From positions 97,051-161,050 of the forward strand of contig JAVCCP010000067.1 of assembly GCA_030765405.1 (NCBI GenBank): a DNA stretch of 64,000 nt. Direction: 5' to 3'. The notes below the pieces were generated by a model. It ran no database searches. It was not told where the DNA came from and saw only the letters and a program-made list of their open reading frames with translations. The position numbers were made by a program, and so were the translations under genes. The stretch comes from Candidatus Ancaeobacter aquaticus (GTDB lineage Bacteria > Auribacterota > Ancaeobacteria > Ancaeobacterales > Ancaeobacteraceae). Of the stretch, positions 1 through 9,572 are shown one piece after another (position 1 is the stretch's first letter; each line of letters begins with the position of its first letter).

Positions 1-1
1 G

Positions 2-955
2 GGTGTTCTTCTTGCGGCTTTTGTTTGTAATAGTGATTTTTTTATAAGTGAAATACGGGCAGATGTAAGACCATACATATGGAGTGGCACGTTAAAAATG
101 ATAGCTGAGCATCCTTTCGGGGGGTATGGGCTCGGAACATTCTTTATCCATTTCCCATTTTTCAGGCCTGTTGAATATTTTTTGTGCCCAAAATATGCCC
201 AGGTATCAACACATGCACTTAATGAATTTCTTAATATATGGATCCAGAGCGGTATATTTGGACTCTTCTTTTTTATAACTTATTTTGTATGGATGAGTTG
301 TAAAATGTATGGGTATATTAAACGTAAGGGATATATTGATCTTACAGGAGGTATTTTTCTTGGCGTAATAGGGCTTTTTATCCTGTCTTTCATAGATATG
401 CATTTAATGGTCCCATCGATAGCAATTTATTTTTGGATGTTAACGGGAATTATAATGGGAAAAGTTATCCCTGTACCAAGTACTACGAAATGGGGTATGT
501 CTCTTAGAGTGGTATTGTGCACGTTTATAGCAGTCCTTTTAGGTGTGTATGTTTTTTATGGGGTATATAAACCATTACGCGCGGAAGTGTATTTTGGTCA
601 AGGAATGAAAGCTCGAAGAGTGGAGAATTGGCCGCTTGTAGTACAAAACTATGAAAAAGGTCTTCAATATATGCCTTTTAGACTGGATATTACTTACAAA
701 TGTGCGTATGCACTTAGTCAAACAGGTAATAATGATGCAGCTATACACTACTATGAATACATTAAGAGTTTTGCTCCGTACTATGCTCGCGTAGATTATA
801 ATCTTGCTATCTTGTACAATGCAAAAGGAATGGGGCTAGAAGCTAAGGGCTCATTGCTGCAATGGCTGGCTCTAAATCCTTACGATAGGGACGCAAAATC
901 GTTATTGAATGAGATGAAAGAAAAATGGAGTGATGTCGCTGCGACACAAAAATAA
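2..955 (+). CDS. O-antigen ligase (Wzy_C/WaaL)-family polytopic membrane protein with a C-terminal TPR-like region. The 5' end is truncated by the window edge.
   Basis: The reading frame is open from nt 2 with no stop before the window start. The motif ...EIRADVRPYIWSGTLKMIAEHPFGGYGLGTF is typical of the Wzy_C domain and is followed by several hydrophobic helices. The C-terminal 120 aa look TPR-like. Confidence 0.55.
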   Translation, partial: GVLLAAFVCNSDFFISEIRADVRPYIWSGTLKMIAEHPFGGYGLGTFFIHFPFFRPVEYFLCPKYAQVSTHALNEFLNIWIQSGIFGLFFFITYFVWMSCKMYGYIKRKGYIDLTGGIFLGVIGLFILSFIDMHLMVPSIAIYFWMLTGIIMGKVIPVPSTTKWGMSLRVVLCTFIAVLLGVYVFYGVYKPLRAEVYFGQGMKARRVENWPLVVQNYEKGLQYMPFRLDITYKCAYALSQTGNNDAAIHYYEYIKSFAPYYARVDYNLAILYNAKGMGLEAKGSLLQWLALNPYDRDAKSLLNEMKEKWSDVAATQK

Positions 956-1049
956 AGGGCATATTACTCTTTTGCGGCCACTTCAGATATTAAAGCATCG
1001 GTTTTACTTGACTTTCGGATGTTTTTTTGTTAGTTTCCTTTAGTTTTTT

Positions 1050-1124
1050 GGCGGCATAGCCAAGCGGTAAGGCAGAGGTTTGCAAAACCTTTATTCTCCA
1101 GTTCGATTCTGGATGCCGCCTCCA
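1050..1124 (+). tRNA. tRNA-Cys (anticodon GCA), CCA encoded
   Basis: Hand-folded cloverleaf. Acceptor GGCGGCA pairs with TGCCGCC. D-stem is 3 bp. Anticodon stem is GAGGT/ACCTT with loop TTGCAAA. T-arm is TCCAG-TTCGATT-CTGGA. Discriminator is U73 (the Cys identity element), followed by CCA. Confidence 0.8.
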
Positions 1125-1212
1125 TATATATTGTGTTTAAATTGGTTTGCAAGAGTTTCTTATAAAAAGGAATTCTTCTGAGATATTGTATCGCGGTATA
1201 GTGTGTTTTTTC

Positions 1213-1297
1213 GCCGGGATGGCGGAATTGGTAGACGCAAGGGACTTAAAATCCCTCGAAGTTTAACTTTGTGCCGGTTCGATTCCGGCTCCCGGCA
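1213..1297 (+). tRNA. tRNA-Leu (anticodon TAA), class II with a long variable arm
   Basis: Acceptor GCCGGGA pairs with TCCCGGC. Anticodon stem AGGGA/TCCCT with loop CTTAAAA. Long variable arm. T-arm GCCGG-TTCGATT-CCGGC. Discriminator A. CCA is not encoded. Confidence 0.8.
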
Positions 1298-1339
1298 GTT
1301 AGTTAATAGTGTAAAGTGTATAAGAAACAGGAGGAATGC

Positions 1340-1543
1340 GTGGGATATTCAGCTAAATATTATTGTGAAAAATGTGATGCACATTCATGGATGAAGGTCA
1401 GTGGTGACCCATCTGCAGAGAAAGTGAAAATTACCTGTGCAGAATGCAAAACAACATATGCAAATGTTGACTTTGAAAAACCTGTTGAGGATGATAAAAA
1501 TGTGAACGACGTCTCTGAAGATAATGTAGTTAATGAAAGTTAA
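1340..1543 (+). CDS. Small zinc-ribbon protein (CxxC...CxxC), function unknown
   Basis: GTG start 5 nt after AGGAGG (1330-1335). Two CxxC pairs (CEKC...CAEC) and an acidic C-terminus. The ORF-track start at 1316 lacks an RBS. Confidence 0.45.
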   Translation: MGYSAKYYCEKCDAHSWMKVSGDPSAEKVKITCAECKTTYANVDFEKPVEDDKNVNDVSEDNVVNES

Positions 1544-1565
1544 CAATATACCAAGGAGGTATAGC

Positions 1566-1775
1566 ATGAAAAAGAGTCTCATTAGTTTGTTTGCTGTAAG
1601 CGTTGTATGTATGTTTTTAGTTGGTTGTGCGACTGATGAGGGTGCACAAAAAGAATCTGAAGGATTGAAGAAAGATCAAGAGATCGCAAAAACAATTAAA
1701 AAGCTTGATACTGAAGATCCTCACGGTGTAAGTCAGGAATCAAATTCTGGGAAAGATTACACCCCAGGTAGATAA
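1566..1775 (+). CDS. Small lipoprotein
   Basis: ATG is 7 nt after AGGAGG. MKKSLISLFAVSVVCMFLVGC is a lipoprotein signal peptide with an LVGC lipobox, followed by a low-complexity charged mature part. Confidence 0.5.
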   Translation: MKKSLISLFAVSVVCMFLVGCATDEGAQKESEGLKKDQEIAKTIKKLDTEDPHGVSQESNSGKDYTPGR

Positions 1776-1828
1776 TCGTTATAAAGTGCGTTATATCCGT
1801 AGGATTTGGATATTTATCCACACAAACG

Positions 1829-1888
1829 GCATGCGATAATTACGGCAAATGATTCTTAAAGAGATTATCGCATGCTGTTTATCTGTTT
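1829..1888 (+). terminator. 12-bp perfect inverted repeat (GCATGCGATAAT ... ATTATCGCATGC) with a 23-nt loop, followed by a U-rich tract. Possible intrinsic terminator or regulatory hairpin downstream of the lipoprotein gene.
   Basis: The arms at 1829-1840 and 1864-1875 are exact reverse complements. GTTTATCTGTTT follows directly. Confidence 0.3.
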
Positions 1889-2139
1889 AGGTAGGATTAT
1901 ATATATAACGATGGGTAACATGAGTTCTTTAAGATGTTTATTATGAAGTACTTATGGGTGCAAATCGACTGGAAGTCAGTGGTGGTGCTCTTGTTGATAG
2001 ATAGAATGCATTTATTAGGTGTAGCGCAATAAGTTATAAAAATAGTGTACCGAATATATATTCTATTACACAAGTTATCCACAATTTATTAACAGTTCGT
2101 TTTAGTGGCAATACATGATGTTTGAATTATTTTTTTTGG

Positions 2140-2216
2140 GGGCGTATAGCTCAGCTGGTTAGAGTGCCTGCTCGACACGCAGGAGGTCATTGGTTCGAAC
2201 CCAATTACGCCCACCA
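2140..2216 (+). tRNA. tRNA-Val (anticodon GAC), CCA encoded. Position 33 is C, which is unusual.
   Basis: Acceptor GGGCGTA pairs with TACGCCC. D-arm GCTC-AGCTGGTTA-GAGT. Anticodon stem CCTGC/GCAGG with loop TCGACAC. Variable arm AGGTC. T-arm ATTGG-TTCGAAC-CCAAT. Discriminator A, then CCA. There is no G3:U70, so it is not Ala. Confidence 0.7.
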
Positions 2217-2267
2217 TTTTAATGTATATTGTTTGTTACGTTAGATAAGGTAGTTAGGTAAATTTTT

Positions 2268-3995
2268 ATGAATATGCAAAAAATAGATATTGATGTATAT
2301 CGGCACAGTGCCTCTCATATCATGGCATTTGCCGTAAAAAAGCTTTTTCCAAAGGCTAAGCTTGCTATTGGTCCGTCAATAGAGGACGGATTTTACTATG
2401 ATTTCGAAGTTGATGTGCCGTTTACTCCTGATGACTTAGCCCGTATTGAAGAAGAAATGGATAAGATCGTTAAGGAGAATATATCTTTTGAGAGAAAAGA
2501 ACTATCCAAGGAAGATGCATTAAAACTTTTTCAGGATAGCTCAGAAGAATATAAAGTTGAATTGATTAAAGATTTGCCTGAGGGAACAATATCAATTTAC
2601 AGTAATAATGATTTTATCGATTTATGCAAAGGGCCTCATATTTCTTCGACGGGTGATTTAAAATGCTACAAGTTATTGAGTGTTGCCGGTGCGTATTGGC
2701 GGGGAGATGAACACAATAAGATGCTCCAGCGCATATATGGGACGGCTTTCTTTGATAAAAAGAGTCTGAGGACGTATCTGCATAAATTGGAAGAAGCGCG
2801 TAAAAGAGACCATAGAAAGATTGGTAAAGAATTAGATCTTTATAGTATTCACGAAGAGGGTGGTGCCGGGCTGATCTATTGGCATCCAAAGGGAGGAAGA
2901 CTGCGAAATACTATCGAGACTTTTTGGCGTGATGTCCACTACCGTCATGGGTATGATGTGGTGTATACCCCTCACATAGCTAAACTTGATTTGTGGAAAA
3001 AAAGTGGGCATTGGGACTTTTATAAGGAAAATCTTTATTCGCCAATGGATATTGATGGTAAAGAATATATTGTAAAACCAATGAATTGTCCCGGCCATAT
3101 ACTTATGTATAAAACAAAGTTGAGGAGCTACAGGGATCTTCCGCTCAGATGGGCTGAATTGGGAACCGTGTACCGTTATGAAAAAAGCGGGGTTCTTCAC
3201 GGTTTAATGAGAGTCCGTGGTTTTACTCAGGACGATGCGCATATATTCTGTACACTTGATCAGCTTAAAGATGAGATCATAAGTGTTATATCACTGGCAC
3301 GATATATGATGGAATTGTTTGGTTTTCAATATGAAATAAATTTAAGTACACAACCTGAGAAATTTGTTGGAAGCAGTGAAAATTGGGAAAAATCGACTGC
3401 AGCACTTACCGATGCTTTACAATCATTAGAAATAGAGTATAAAGTAGATCCCGGAGAAGGCGTATTCTACGGTCCTAAGATCGATATAAAAATGATCGAT
3501 GCGTTAGGGCGTGGATGGCAAGGACCTACTATTCAGGTTGATTTTAATATTCCTGAACGTTTCGATGTAAACTATATTGCTGAGGATGGAAAAGCACACC
3601 AGGTTGTTATGGTTCACCGAACGGTGTTAGGGAGCATGGAACGTTTCATAGGTGTATTGATCGAGCATTTTGCGGGCGATTTTCCGGTTTGGCTTGCGCC
3701 AATACAGGTAAAAGTAATGCCGATTTCCGATGATCAAAAAATGTATGCCAAGAAGGTGAGTGACACATTAAGAAATAAGGGAATCTACACTGTTTTAGAT
3801 GACAGAAATGAAAAAATTGGATATAAGATACGGGAAGCTGAGCTGGAAAAAATTCCGTATATGCTTGTCATAGGAGCAAAAGAGGCTGAACAAGAAGCGG
3901 TATCCGTAAGAAGACGCAAGATCGGTGATTTAGGGGTAAAAAAGACAGATGAATTTATTTCTGCCCTTGTAGAAGAAATAGCATTAAAAAAATAG
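2268..3995 (+). CDS. thrS: Threonyl-tRNA synthetase. It starts inside the N2 editing domain, so the N1/TGS domain is absent.
   Basis: Editing-domain HxxxH motif (HSASHIM), class II catalytic core and anticodon-binding domain, all colinear with E. coli ThrS from about residue 62 onward. 575 aa. Confidence 0.9.
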   Translation: MNMQKIDIDVYRHSASHIMAFAVKKLFPKAKLAIGPSIEDGFYYDFEVDVPFTPDDLARIEEEMDKIVKENISFERKELSKEDALKLFQDSSEEYKVELIKDLPEGTISIYSNNDFIDLCKGPHISSTGDLKCYKLLSVAGAYWRGDEHNKMLQRIYGTAFFDKKSLRTYLHKLEEARKRDHRKIGKELDLYSIHEEGGAGLIYWHPKGGRLRNTIETFWRDVHYRHGYDVVYTPHIAKLDLWKKSGHWDFYKENLYSPMDIDGKEYIVKPMNCPGHILMYKTKLRSYRDLPLRWAELGTVYRYEKSGVLHGLMRVRGFTQDDAHIFCTLDQLKDEIISVISLARYMMELFGFQYEINLSTQPEKFVGSSENWEKSTAALTDALQSLEIEYKVDPGEGVFYGPKIDIKMIDALGRGWQGPTIQVDFNIPERFDVNYIAEDGKAHQVVMVHRTVLGSMERFIGVLIEHFAGDFPVWLAPIQVKVMPISDDQKMYAKKVSDTLRNKGIYTVLDDRNEKIGYKIREAELEKIPYMLVIGAKEAEQEAVSVRRRKIGDLGVKKTDEFISALVEEIALKK

Positions 3996-4060
3996 TGTAT
4001 TATTTTTGATATTATTATATGATAATGTAACTTAAAATACGATGAAGGGGGTGTTTACTA

Positions 4061-4579
4061 ATTTCTCAGAATATTCGAATTAACACAGAGATTAGAGCTC
4101 GTCAGTTGAGAACAATTGATAGTGAGGGTAGACAGTTGGGTGTGCTTCCGCTTGAAGAAGCATTAAAAATCGCGGAAGATAGCAATCTTGACCTTGTTGA
4201 AGTGGCTCCTACTGCAAATCCACCAGTGTGCAGAGTGATGGATTTTGGTAAGTATAGGTATGAACAAACCAAGAAGGAGCGTGAGTCGCGTAAGAAGCAG
4301 CATTTCATTAAAGTGAAAGAAATTAAGCTTCGGCCATCGATTGATGATCATGATTATCAGACAAAGATGAAGCACGCTCAGACTTTTTTGGCTAAGGGCG
4401 ATAAGGTTAAGGTCGTACTCGTTTATAGAGGTAGGGAAATGGCTCATACTGAATATGGGAAAAAGCTGTTTGACCGATTTATTCAGGATGTGGAAACGTT
4501 TGGTGCAGTTGAATCGAGACCCAAAATGATGGGCCGTATGATGAATATGGTTATTGCGCCGCTCAAAACCCACTCATAA
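4061..4579 (+). CDS. infC: Translation initiation factor IF-3, with a predicted non-AUG (AUU) start
   Basis: IF-3 homology (INTEIRARQLRTIDSEGRQLGV...) extends upstream of the TTG assigned by the ORF track at 4106. The frame is open back to the stop at 4043-4045. There is no in-frame ATG or GTG. GGGGG at 4047-4051 lies 9 nt before the ATT at 4061 (ATT at 4073 is an alternative). AUU starts are known for infC autoregulation. Confidence 0.8.
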   Translation: MSQNIRINTEIRARQLRTIDSEGRQLGVLPLEEALKIAEDSNLDLVEVAPTANPPVCRVMDFGKYRYEQTKKERESRKKQHFIKVKEIKLRPSIDDHDYQTKMKHAQTFLAKGDKVKVVLVYRGREMAHTEYGKKLFDRFIQDVETFGAVESRPKMMGRMMNMVIAPLKTHS

Positions 4580-4698
4580 GCTGTTTATCTCCACAAATAT
4601 ATGATTTGACCGATAAGCCAATAGATAGAAATACTTGTTTTATGTATGGTGCTTAAAATGGATTATGTTATTATTACTTAGAAAGAGGAGATAGATAT

Positions 4699-4908
4699 AT
4701 GCCAAAGTTAAAAACAAATAGAGCAGCTGCGAAGAGATTTAAGGTGTCGAAAACCGGTAAAGTAAAACGGTCTAAGGCCTACGCCGGACATCTTGCTACA
4801 GGAAAACCAGGCAAGAAAAAGAGACAGTTAAAAACCCCATGTTTAGTTGATAAAACAAATATAAAGCAAGTAAGAAAAATGTTACCTGGAAAGGGTATTA
4901 AAGGGTAG
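4699..4908 (+). CDS. rpmI: 50S ribosomal protein L35
   Basis: MPKLKTNRAAAKRFKVSKTGKVKR... is canonical L35. Confidence 0.9.
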   Translation: MPKLKTNRAAAKRFKVSKTGKVKRSKAYAGHLATGKPGKKKRQLKTPCLVDKTNIKQVRKMLPGKGIKG

Positions 4909-4959
4909 TATTTGTAATTGTGAAAGATAATAAATTGTATTCTATTAACGGGAGGAACA

Positions 4960-5316
4960 ATGTCAAGAGCAACCAATAACCCCGCGTCACGGCGCAGGAG
5001 AAAAAAAGTATTAAAACAAGCCAAGGGCTTTGAAGGTTCAAGAGGAGTTCTCTACAGAACAGCTTCTAACGCTGTTATGAAGAAACTTACCTATCAATAT
5101 CGAGATAGAAAGGTTCGTAAAAGAGAAATGCGCGGTTTATGGATTATTAGAATTAATGCTGCGTGCAGAATTAATGATATTTCATACAGTAAATTTATCA
5201 ATGGATTAAAGAAATCAAGCATTGAAATAGATCGTAAAATATTAGCTGATCTTGCTGTTAAAAATGAAGTTGTATTTGGTAAACTCGTTGAAGAAGTTAA
5301 GGCGAGTGCCGCATAA
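4960..5316 (+). CDS. rplT: 50S ribosomal protein L20
   Basis: [29 protein letters not shown]... is canonical L20. Confidence 0.9.
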   Translation: MSRATNNPASRRRRKKVLKQAKGFEGSRGVLYRTASNAVMKKLTYQYRDRKVRKREMRGLWIIRINAACRINDISYSKFINGLKKSSIEIDRKILADLAVKNEVVFGKLVEEVKASAA

Positions 5317-5590
5317 TACATATATAAAACGTTTGACAGTACTAAAAATGAATATTCTTTGCGCAGTCAATGAAGACGGATGAAATGGTAATTATGAATT
5401 TTTTATATACATATCATGACACTACTCTATTGAAACAGAGGAAAATACTACACTGTTATCATGAGTATCCTGTCTTATTTGGCAAACATTATTCATTGCA
5501 TACTGTGTCTTTTTGCGGGGCGTAGTTAATTGCAGTACTGTTAGGCATTTTTTTTAGACGTTCTTTCGTCTGAAAAGGAATGCGAAATCA

Positions 5591-6616
5591 ATGAATGATA
5601 AAATCAATCAACTTAATGATTTAAAAGATACTGCTTTTACCGAGATAAAAAATGCACAGTCGCTTGTTTCACTTGATAATGTGCGGGTACAATTCTTAGG
5701 TAAAAAAGGAAAACTCACCGAATTTTTGCGCGGTTTAGGCAATGTTGATTCTGTCGAAAGACCTCTTATCGGTAAAGCCGTTAATGATGTAAAAAAAAGT
5801 ATTTCTGATGAAATTGACAGAAGTTTCTCGGTGACAAAGAAACTTGAATCAGAGAAGAAATTTCACACGGAAAAGATTGATTACACATTACCCGGTAAAG
5901 TTCGATCTTTAGGAAAAGCGCACCCTATTGCAATGGTTTTAGATGAAGCGTTGCGTATTTTTTCTTATATGGGGTTTGCGATCAAAGAAGGTCCTGAAAT
6001 TGAGAGCGAACATTATAACTTTGAAGCGCTCAATATTCCAAAATTGCATCCCGCAAGAGATATGCAGGATACTTTTTATGTAGATGAAGATATTCTCTTA
6101 AGAACACATACCTCACCGGTACAGATACATGTTATGGAAAAATGTGATCCCCCACTGCGTATTGTCGCTCCAGGTAAAGTCTATCGGCGTGATTCTGATA
6201 TTACTCATTCTCCTATGTTTCATCAAATAGAAGGTTTCATGATAGATACTGATGTAAGTTTTGCTGATTTAAAAGGTGTCTTGACTACATTTTTGAAGGA
6301 GCTGTTTGGAGAAGATACTGCGTTACGATTTCGACCGAGTTTTTTTCCTTTTACTGAACCGAGCGCTGAAGTAGATATAACGTGCGTGATGTGTAACGGT
6401 AAGGGATGCCGTATATGTAAAGGTACGGGATGGATAGAGATACTTGGCGCAGGTATGATTCATCCAGAGGTATTTAAATCTGTTGGGTATGATTATGAAA
6501 AATATACCGGTTTTGCTTTTGGAATAGGTGTTGAGAGAATTGCAATGTTGAAATACAGGATTGGAGATATCCGGTTATTTTTTGAGAATGATATACGTTT
6601 TCTTTCACAATTTTAA
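5591..6616 (+). CDS. pheS: Phenylalanyl-tRNA synthetase alpha subunit, with a CxxC-x6-CxxC insertion
   Basis: Class II motifs and the FPFTEPS motif are present. It sits within the conserved thrS-infC-rpmI-rplT-pheST cluster. Confidence 0.9.
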   Translation: MNDKINQLNDLKDTAFTEIKNAQSLVSLDNVRVQFLGKKGKLTEFLRGLGNVDSVERPLIGKAVNDVKKSISDEIDRSFSVTKKLESEKKFHTEKIDYTLPGKVRSLGKAHPIAMVLDEALRIFSYMGFAIKEGPEIESEHYNFEALNIPKLHPARDMQDTFYVDEDILLRTHTSPVQIHVMEKCDPPLRIVAPGKVYRRDSDITHSPMFHQIEGFMIDTDVSFADLKGVLTTFLKELFGEDTALRFRPSFFPFTEPSAEVDITCVMCNGKGCRICKGTGWIEILGAGMIHPEVFKSVGYDYEKYTGFAFGIGVERIAMLKYRIGDIRLFFENDIRFLSQF

Positions 6617-6636
6617 TGTAATAAAAAAGGTGTGGA

Positions 6637-9036
6637 ATGTTAGTTTCATATAAATGGTTAAAAGAATTTGTTGATTGCAAAGAGTCGCCTTCTGAGCTAG
6701 CCGATATCTTGACGATGGGTGGTGTTGAGGTCGAATCAGTTGAAGATCTTGGTGAAGGGTTGGAAAACGTCGTTGTCGGTAAGATTATGAAAATTGACGC
6801 GCATCCTAATGCAGATAGATTATCTGTGTGTACCGTTGATGTCAGTGGAGAGACTCTTACGATAGTGTGTGGGGCTAAGAATATGATCGAGGGTGACCAT
6901 GTCCCCGTTGCTAGAATAGGGGCAACCTTATGTGGCGGTATGAAGATTGAAAAAACGGTGCTTCGTGGAGTGACATCCTGCGGCATGATGTGTTCTGCAA
7001 AAGAATTAGGACGTGGTGATGAGCATCATGGCCTTTTGATTTTAGATCGTGATACAAAAATTGGAAGTGATATAAAAACTGTTCTTGGGCTTGATGATTA
7101 TGTGCTGAGTTTGGGTGTGACGCCAAATAGGCCTGATTGTTTAAGTATTATTGGTGTTGCACGAGAGGTAGCGTTACTCACCGGAGCAAAACTTTGTGTT
7201 CCTTCAAGTAAAGACTGTTCTCTTAAAAGTGGGAAAAGTGAAGAGATAACGGTTGCAATCAAAAATAAAGAATTATGTCCCTGTTATACAGGCCAGACGG
7301 TTCGTAATGTGACGGTTAGCTCTTCGCCAAAATGGCTACAGCAAAGACTTGAACATGTCGGTTTGCGGTCAATAAACAATATTGTTGATATAACTAATTA
7401 TGTTTTGTTTGAATGCGGACATCCCATACATGCATTTGATTATGATTTGATAGAGGGTAAAGAAATTATTATAAGGAATGCTGCGCCAAAAGAATCTATT
7501 ACTACGATAGATGAGGTGAGACGCGATTTAGATGCCGAGATGTTAGTTATCGCTGATAAAATAAAACCCGTTGCTTTAGCAGGTGTGATGGGTGGTAACA
7601 ACTCCGAAATTAGTGATACAACAAAGAATATTTTTATAGAAAGCGCATATTTTATCCCCTCAACAGTAAGAAGAACGTCTAAAAAGCTGGGTTTATCCTC
7701 TGATTCTTCTTATAGATTTGAACGCGGGGTTGATCCGTATGGTCTCTATTATGCACTAAGCCGAGCCACTGAGCTTATAGAGCAGGTTGCAGGTGGGAGT
7801 CGCGAGAAAAACTATTCAGAAGATAAGGGAGAGCTTGCATCAAGAACAGAAATATCTGTTCGTGTATCTCGAGTGAATAGAATGCTTGGAACGGAACTCT
7901 CGCAAAAGGAGATAAAAAATATAATTAAAAAACTAGGATGTACCATAAAAGACGAAAAAGATAATACTTTTCACGTAGATGTCCCAACAAACAGAGTTGA
8001 TATAACACAGGAAGCAGATATGATCGAAGAAATTGCGCGTATTTACGGGTATATCAATGTGCCTATGCAGCTTCCTCGTGTTCCAATATCAGTTCCCCAG
8101 GAAACGAGCGATATAGATATAACGAAAACATTGCGTGAAAACTTAATTTCTCAAGGATTGATGGAAACAATAAGTTATAGCTTTATTAATAAGAATACAC
8201 TTAATTGGTTAGTTGAAAGAAGAAAGAGCTCGTCGTTTGCAGTTTTAATCATGAATCCAATAAGTGATGAACAAAATGTGATGAGAACAACACTTATTCC
8301 CAGTATGCTTGATACATTAGCACTTAATTATAAGAGAGGTGCGCAGGGGATGAAGTGTTATGAGTTGGGAAATATCTACACAAATGGCGATAAACAGTAT
8401 AGTGAAAAGAAGAAGGTGTTGATTGGATGTATGGGGGAAGTAGAAGATAAAAAATGGTATAACAACCAGGAGGATTTTGATTTTTTTTATATTAAGGGAA
8501 TCATTGAAACACTTATTGCATCATTTGGTCTCAATCGGTATTCTTTTATTGAAAGTAATGACAATGTTTTTCAGCCGGGGATGAGATCAGACGTGTACTG
8601 TGGAGAAGAAAAGATTGGTGTGTTTGGAAAGGTGCATCCGGAGGTGTGTGAGTACTTTGATATTAAAAAGACAGTGGTTATTGCAGAACTTGATGTTGAG
8701 GGTATCTCTCAAAATAGGGTCTCAAAAGTACGTGTAAGAGATATTCCTAAATATCCGTCTGTAACTCGTGATATTGCGTTAGTTATTGACTGTGATTGTC
8801 CGTCAGAAAAAGTGATTAATATTGTGCAAAAATTTGGTTCTGATTTAGTGAAGGATATAAAATTGTTTGATATATTTAAGGGAGGGAAAATACCGGAAAA
8901 TAAAAAGAGTGCGGCTTATAGAATATGTTATCGATCGAATGATCGTACGTTAACTGATGATGAAGTTAACGAGGTGCATTCAAAAATAGTAAAAAAGTTA
9001 CACAGTGAATTAAATTCTGAAACGAGAGAAATGTAA
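6637..9036 (+). CDS. pheT: Phenylalanyl-tRNA synthetase beta subunit
   Basis: 799 aa. N-terminal tRNA-binding domain (MLVSYKWLKEFVD), B3/4, B5 and FDX anticodon-binding domains. ATG follows AAGGTG. Confidence 0.9.
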   Translation: MLVSYKWLKEFVDCKESPSELADILTMGGVEVESVEDLGEGLENVVVGKIMKIDAHPNADRLSVCTVDVSGETLTIVCGAKNMIEGDHVPVARIGATLCGGMKIEKTVLRGVTSCGMMCSAKELGRGDEHHGLLILDRDTKIGSDIKTVLGLDDYVLSLGVTPNRPDCLSIIGVAREVALLTGAKLCVPSSKDCSLKSGKSEEITVAIKNKELCPCYTGQTVRNVTVSSSPKWLQQRLEHVGLRSINNIVDITNYVLFECGHPIHAFDYDLIEGKEIIIRNAAPKESITTIDEVRRDLDAEMLVIADKIKPVALAGVMGGNNSEISDTTKNIFIESAYFIPSTVRRTSKKLGLSSDSSYRFERGVDPYGLYYALSRATELIEQVAGGSREKNYSEDKGELASRTEISVRVSRVNRMLGTELSQKEIKNIIKKLGCTIKDEKDNTFHVDVPTNRVDITQEADMIEEIARIYGYINVPMQLPRVPISVPQETSDIDITKTLRENLISQGLMETISYSFINKNTLNWLVERRKSSSFAVLIMNPISDEQNVMRTTLIPSMLDTLALNYKRGAQGMKCYELGNIYTNGDKQYSEKKKVLIGCMGEVEDKKWYNNQEDFDFFYIKGIIETLIASFGLNRYSFIESNDNVFQPGMRSDVYCGEEKIGVFGKVHPEVCEYFDIKKTVVIAELDVEGISQNRVSKVRVRDIPKYPSVTRDIALVIDCDCPSEKVINIVQKFGSDLVKDIKLFDIFKGGKIPENKKSAAYRICYRSNDRTLTDDEVNEVHSKIVKKLHSELNSETREM

Positions 9037-9460
9037 CGTATAAGGTGTTTATCAGTGAAAGATATAGTGCTATTTAAAATCTATGAACGAAATACAGTTA
9101 TTCGAGAACTATGTGTATATGTAATATCTGTTAGTGTGAAGTTGTTTGAGTTAGTAAATAATAAAAATGCCGGTATCTTCCGAGATAATAATCTTAGGAA
9201 GGTAACGGTCTGTTCAAAGATTTTAAATGCATTCAATAAAGGGAATTATTACTCTTTAGCCAATAATTATAAAATATGCCCTGCTTTTGCGCGTATACGG
9301 CAATAAATCTTTCACCAACGCCTATATATTAGGAGCTCAATATCTAATCGAATACTGCATTGTCTGGAAACAGAATAGCGGGAAGCGGTTGTGAGAGCAC
9401 CTACCTGGATAACAGGTATAAAGATTTATGCCAGTGACGGCTTAAGCGGGGTTTTTTTTA

Positions 9461-9572
9461 AGTAAAAAGTAAAAAGGGAAAACTAGAAAAGTGAAAAGGA
9501 AAAAGGTAAAAAGAAAAACGAAAAAGTAGAAAATAATGGTTTTTACTTTTGATTTTTTACTTTTACTTTTTG
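9461..9572. repeat. About 75-nt near-pure polypurine A-tract array of AAAAAG-type units, followed by a roughly 35-nt T-rich imperfect inverted copy. Lies immediately upstream of rarA.
   Basis: 9461-9535 is over 90% A/G, e.g. GTAAAAAGTAAAAAGGGAAAACTAGAAAAGTGAAAAGGAAAAAGGTAAAAAG.... 9538-9572 (TTTTTACTTTTGATTTTTTACTTTTACTTTTTG) is close to the reverse complement of GTAAAAAGTAAAAAG. Confidence 0.6.

Noticed and set aside
5320-5590. T-box or attenuator leader ahead of pheS; T-box ahead of thrS
   Set aside because: No AATTAGGGTGGNACCGCG T-box sequence is present. The only hairpin (AGACG-TTCTTT-CGTCT) is preceded, not followed, by the T-run. tRNA-Val leaves only 52 nt before thrS.
9055-9306. 83-aa ORF after pheT
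   Set aside because: It has a GTG start with no SD, and an AT-rich, low-complexity translation with no recognisable motif. It sits in the pheT 3' region and is more likely non-coding (see the finding at 9300-9582).
9300-9460. 6S RNA (ssrS is often linked to the MTHFS gene ygfA)
   Set aside because: The MTHFS gene is nearby, but rarA intervenes. I could not find the long closing stem or central bubble. The 5' and 3' ends are not complementary.
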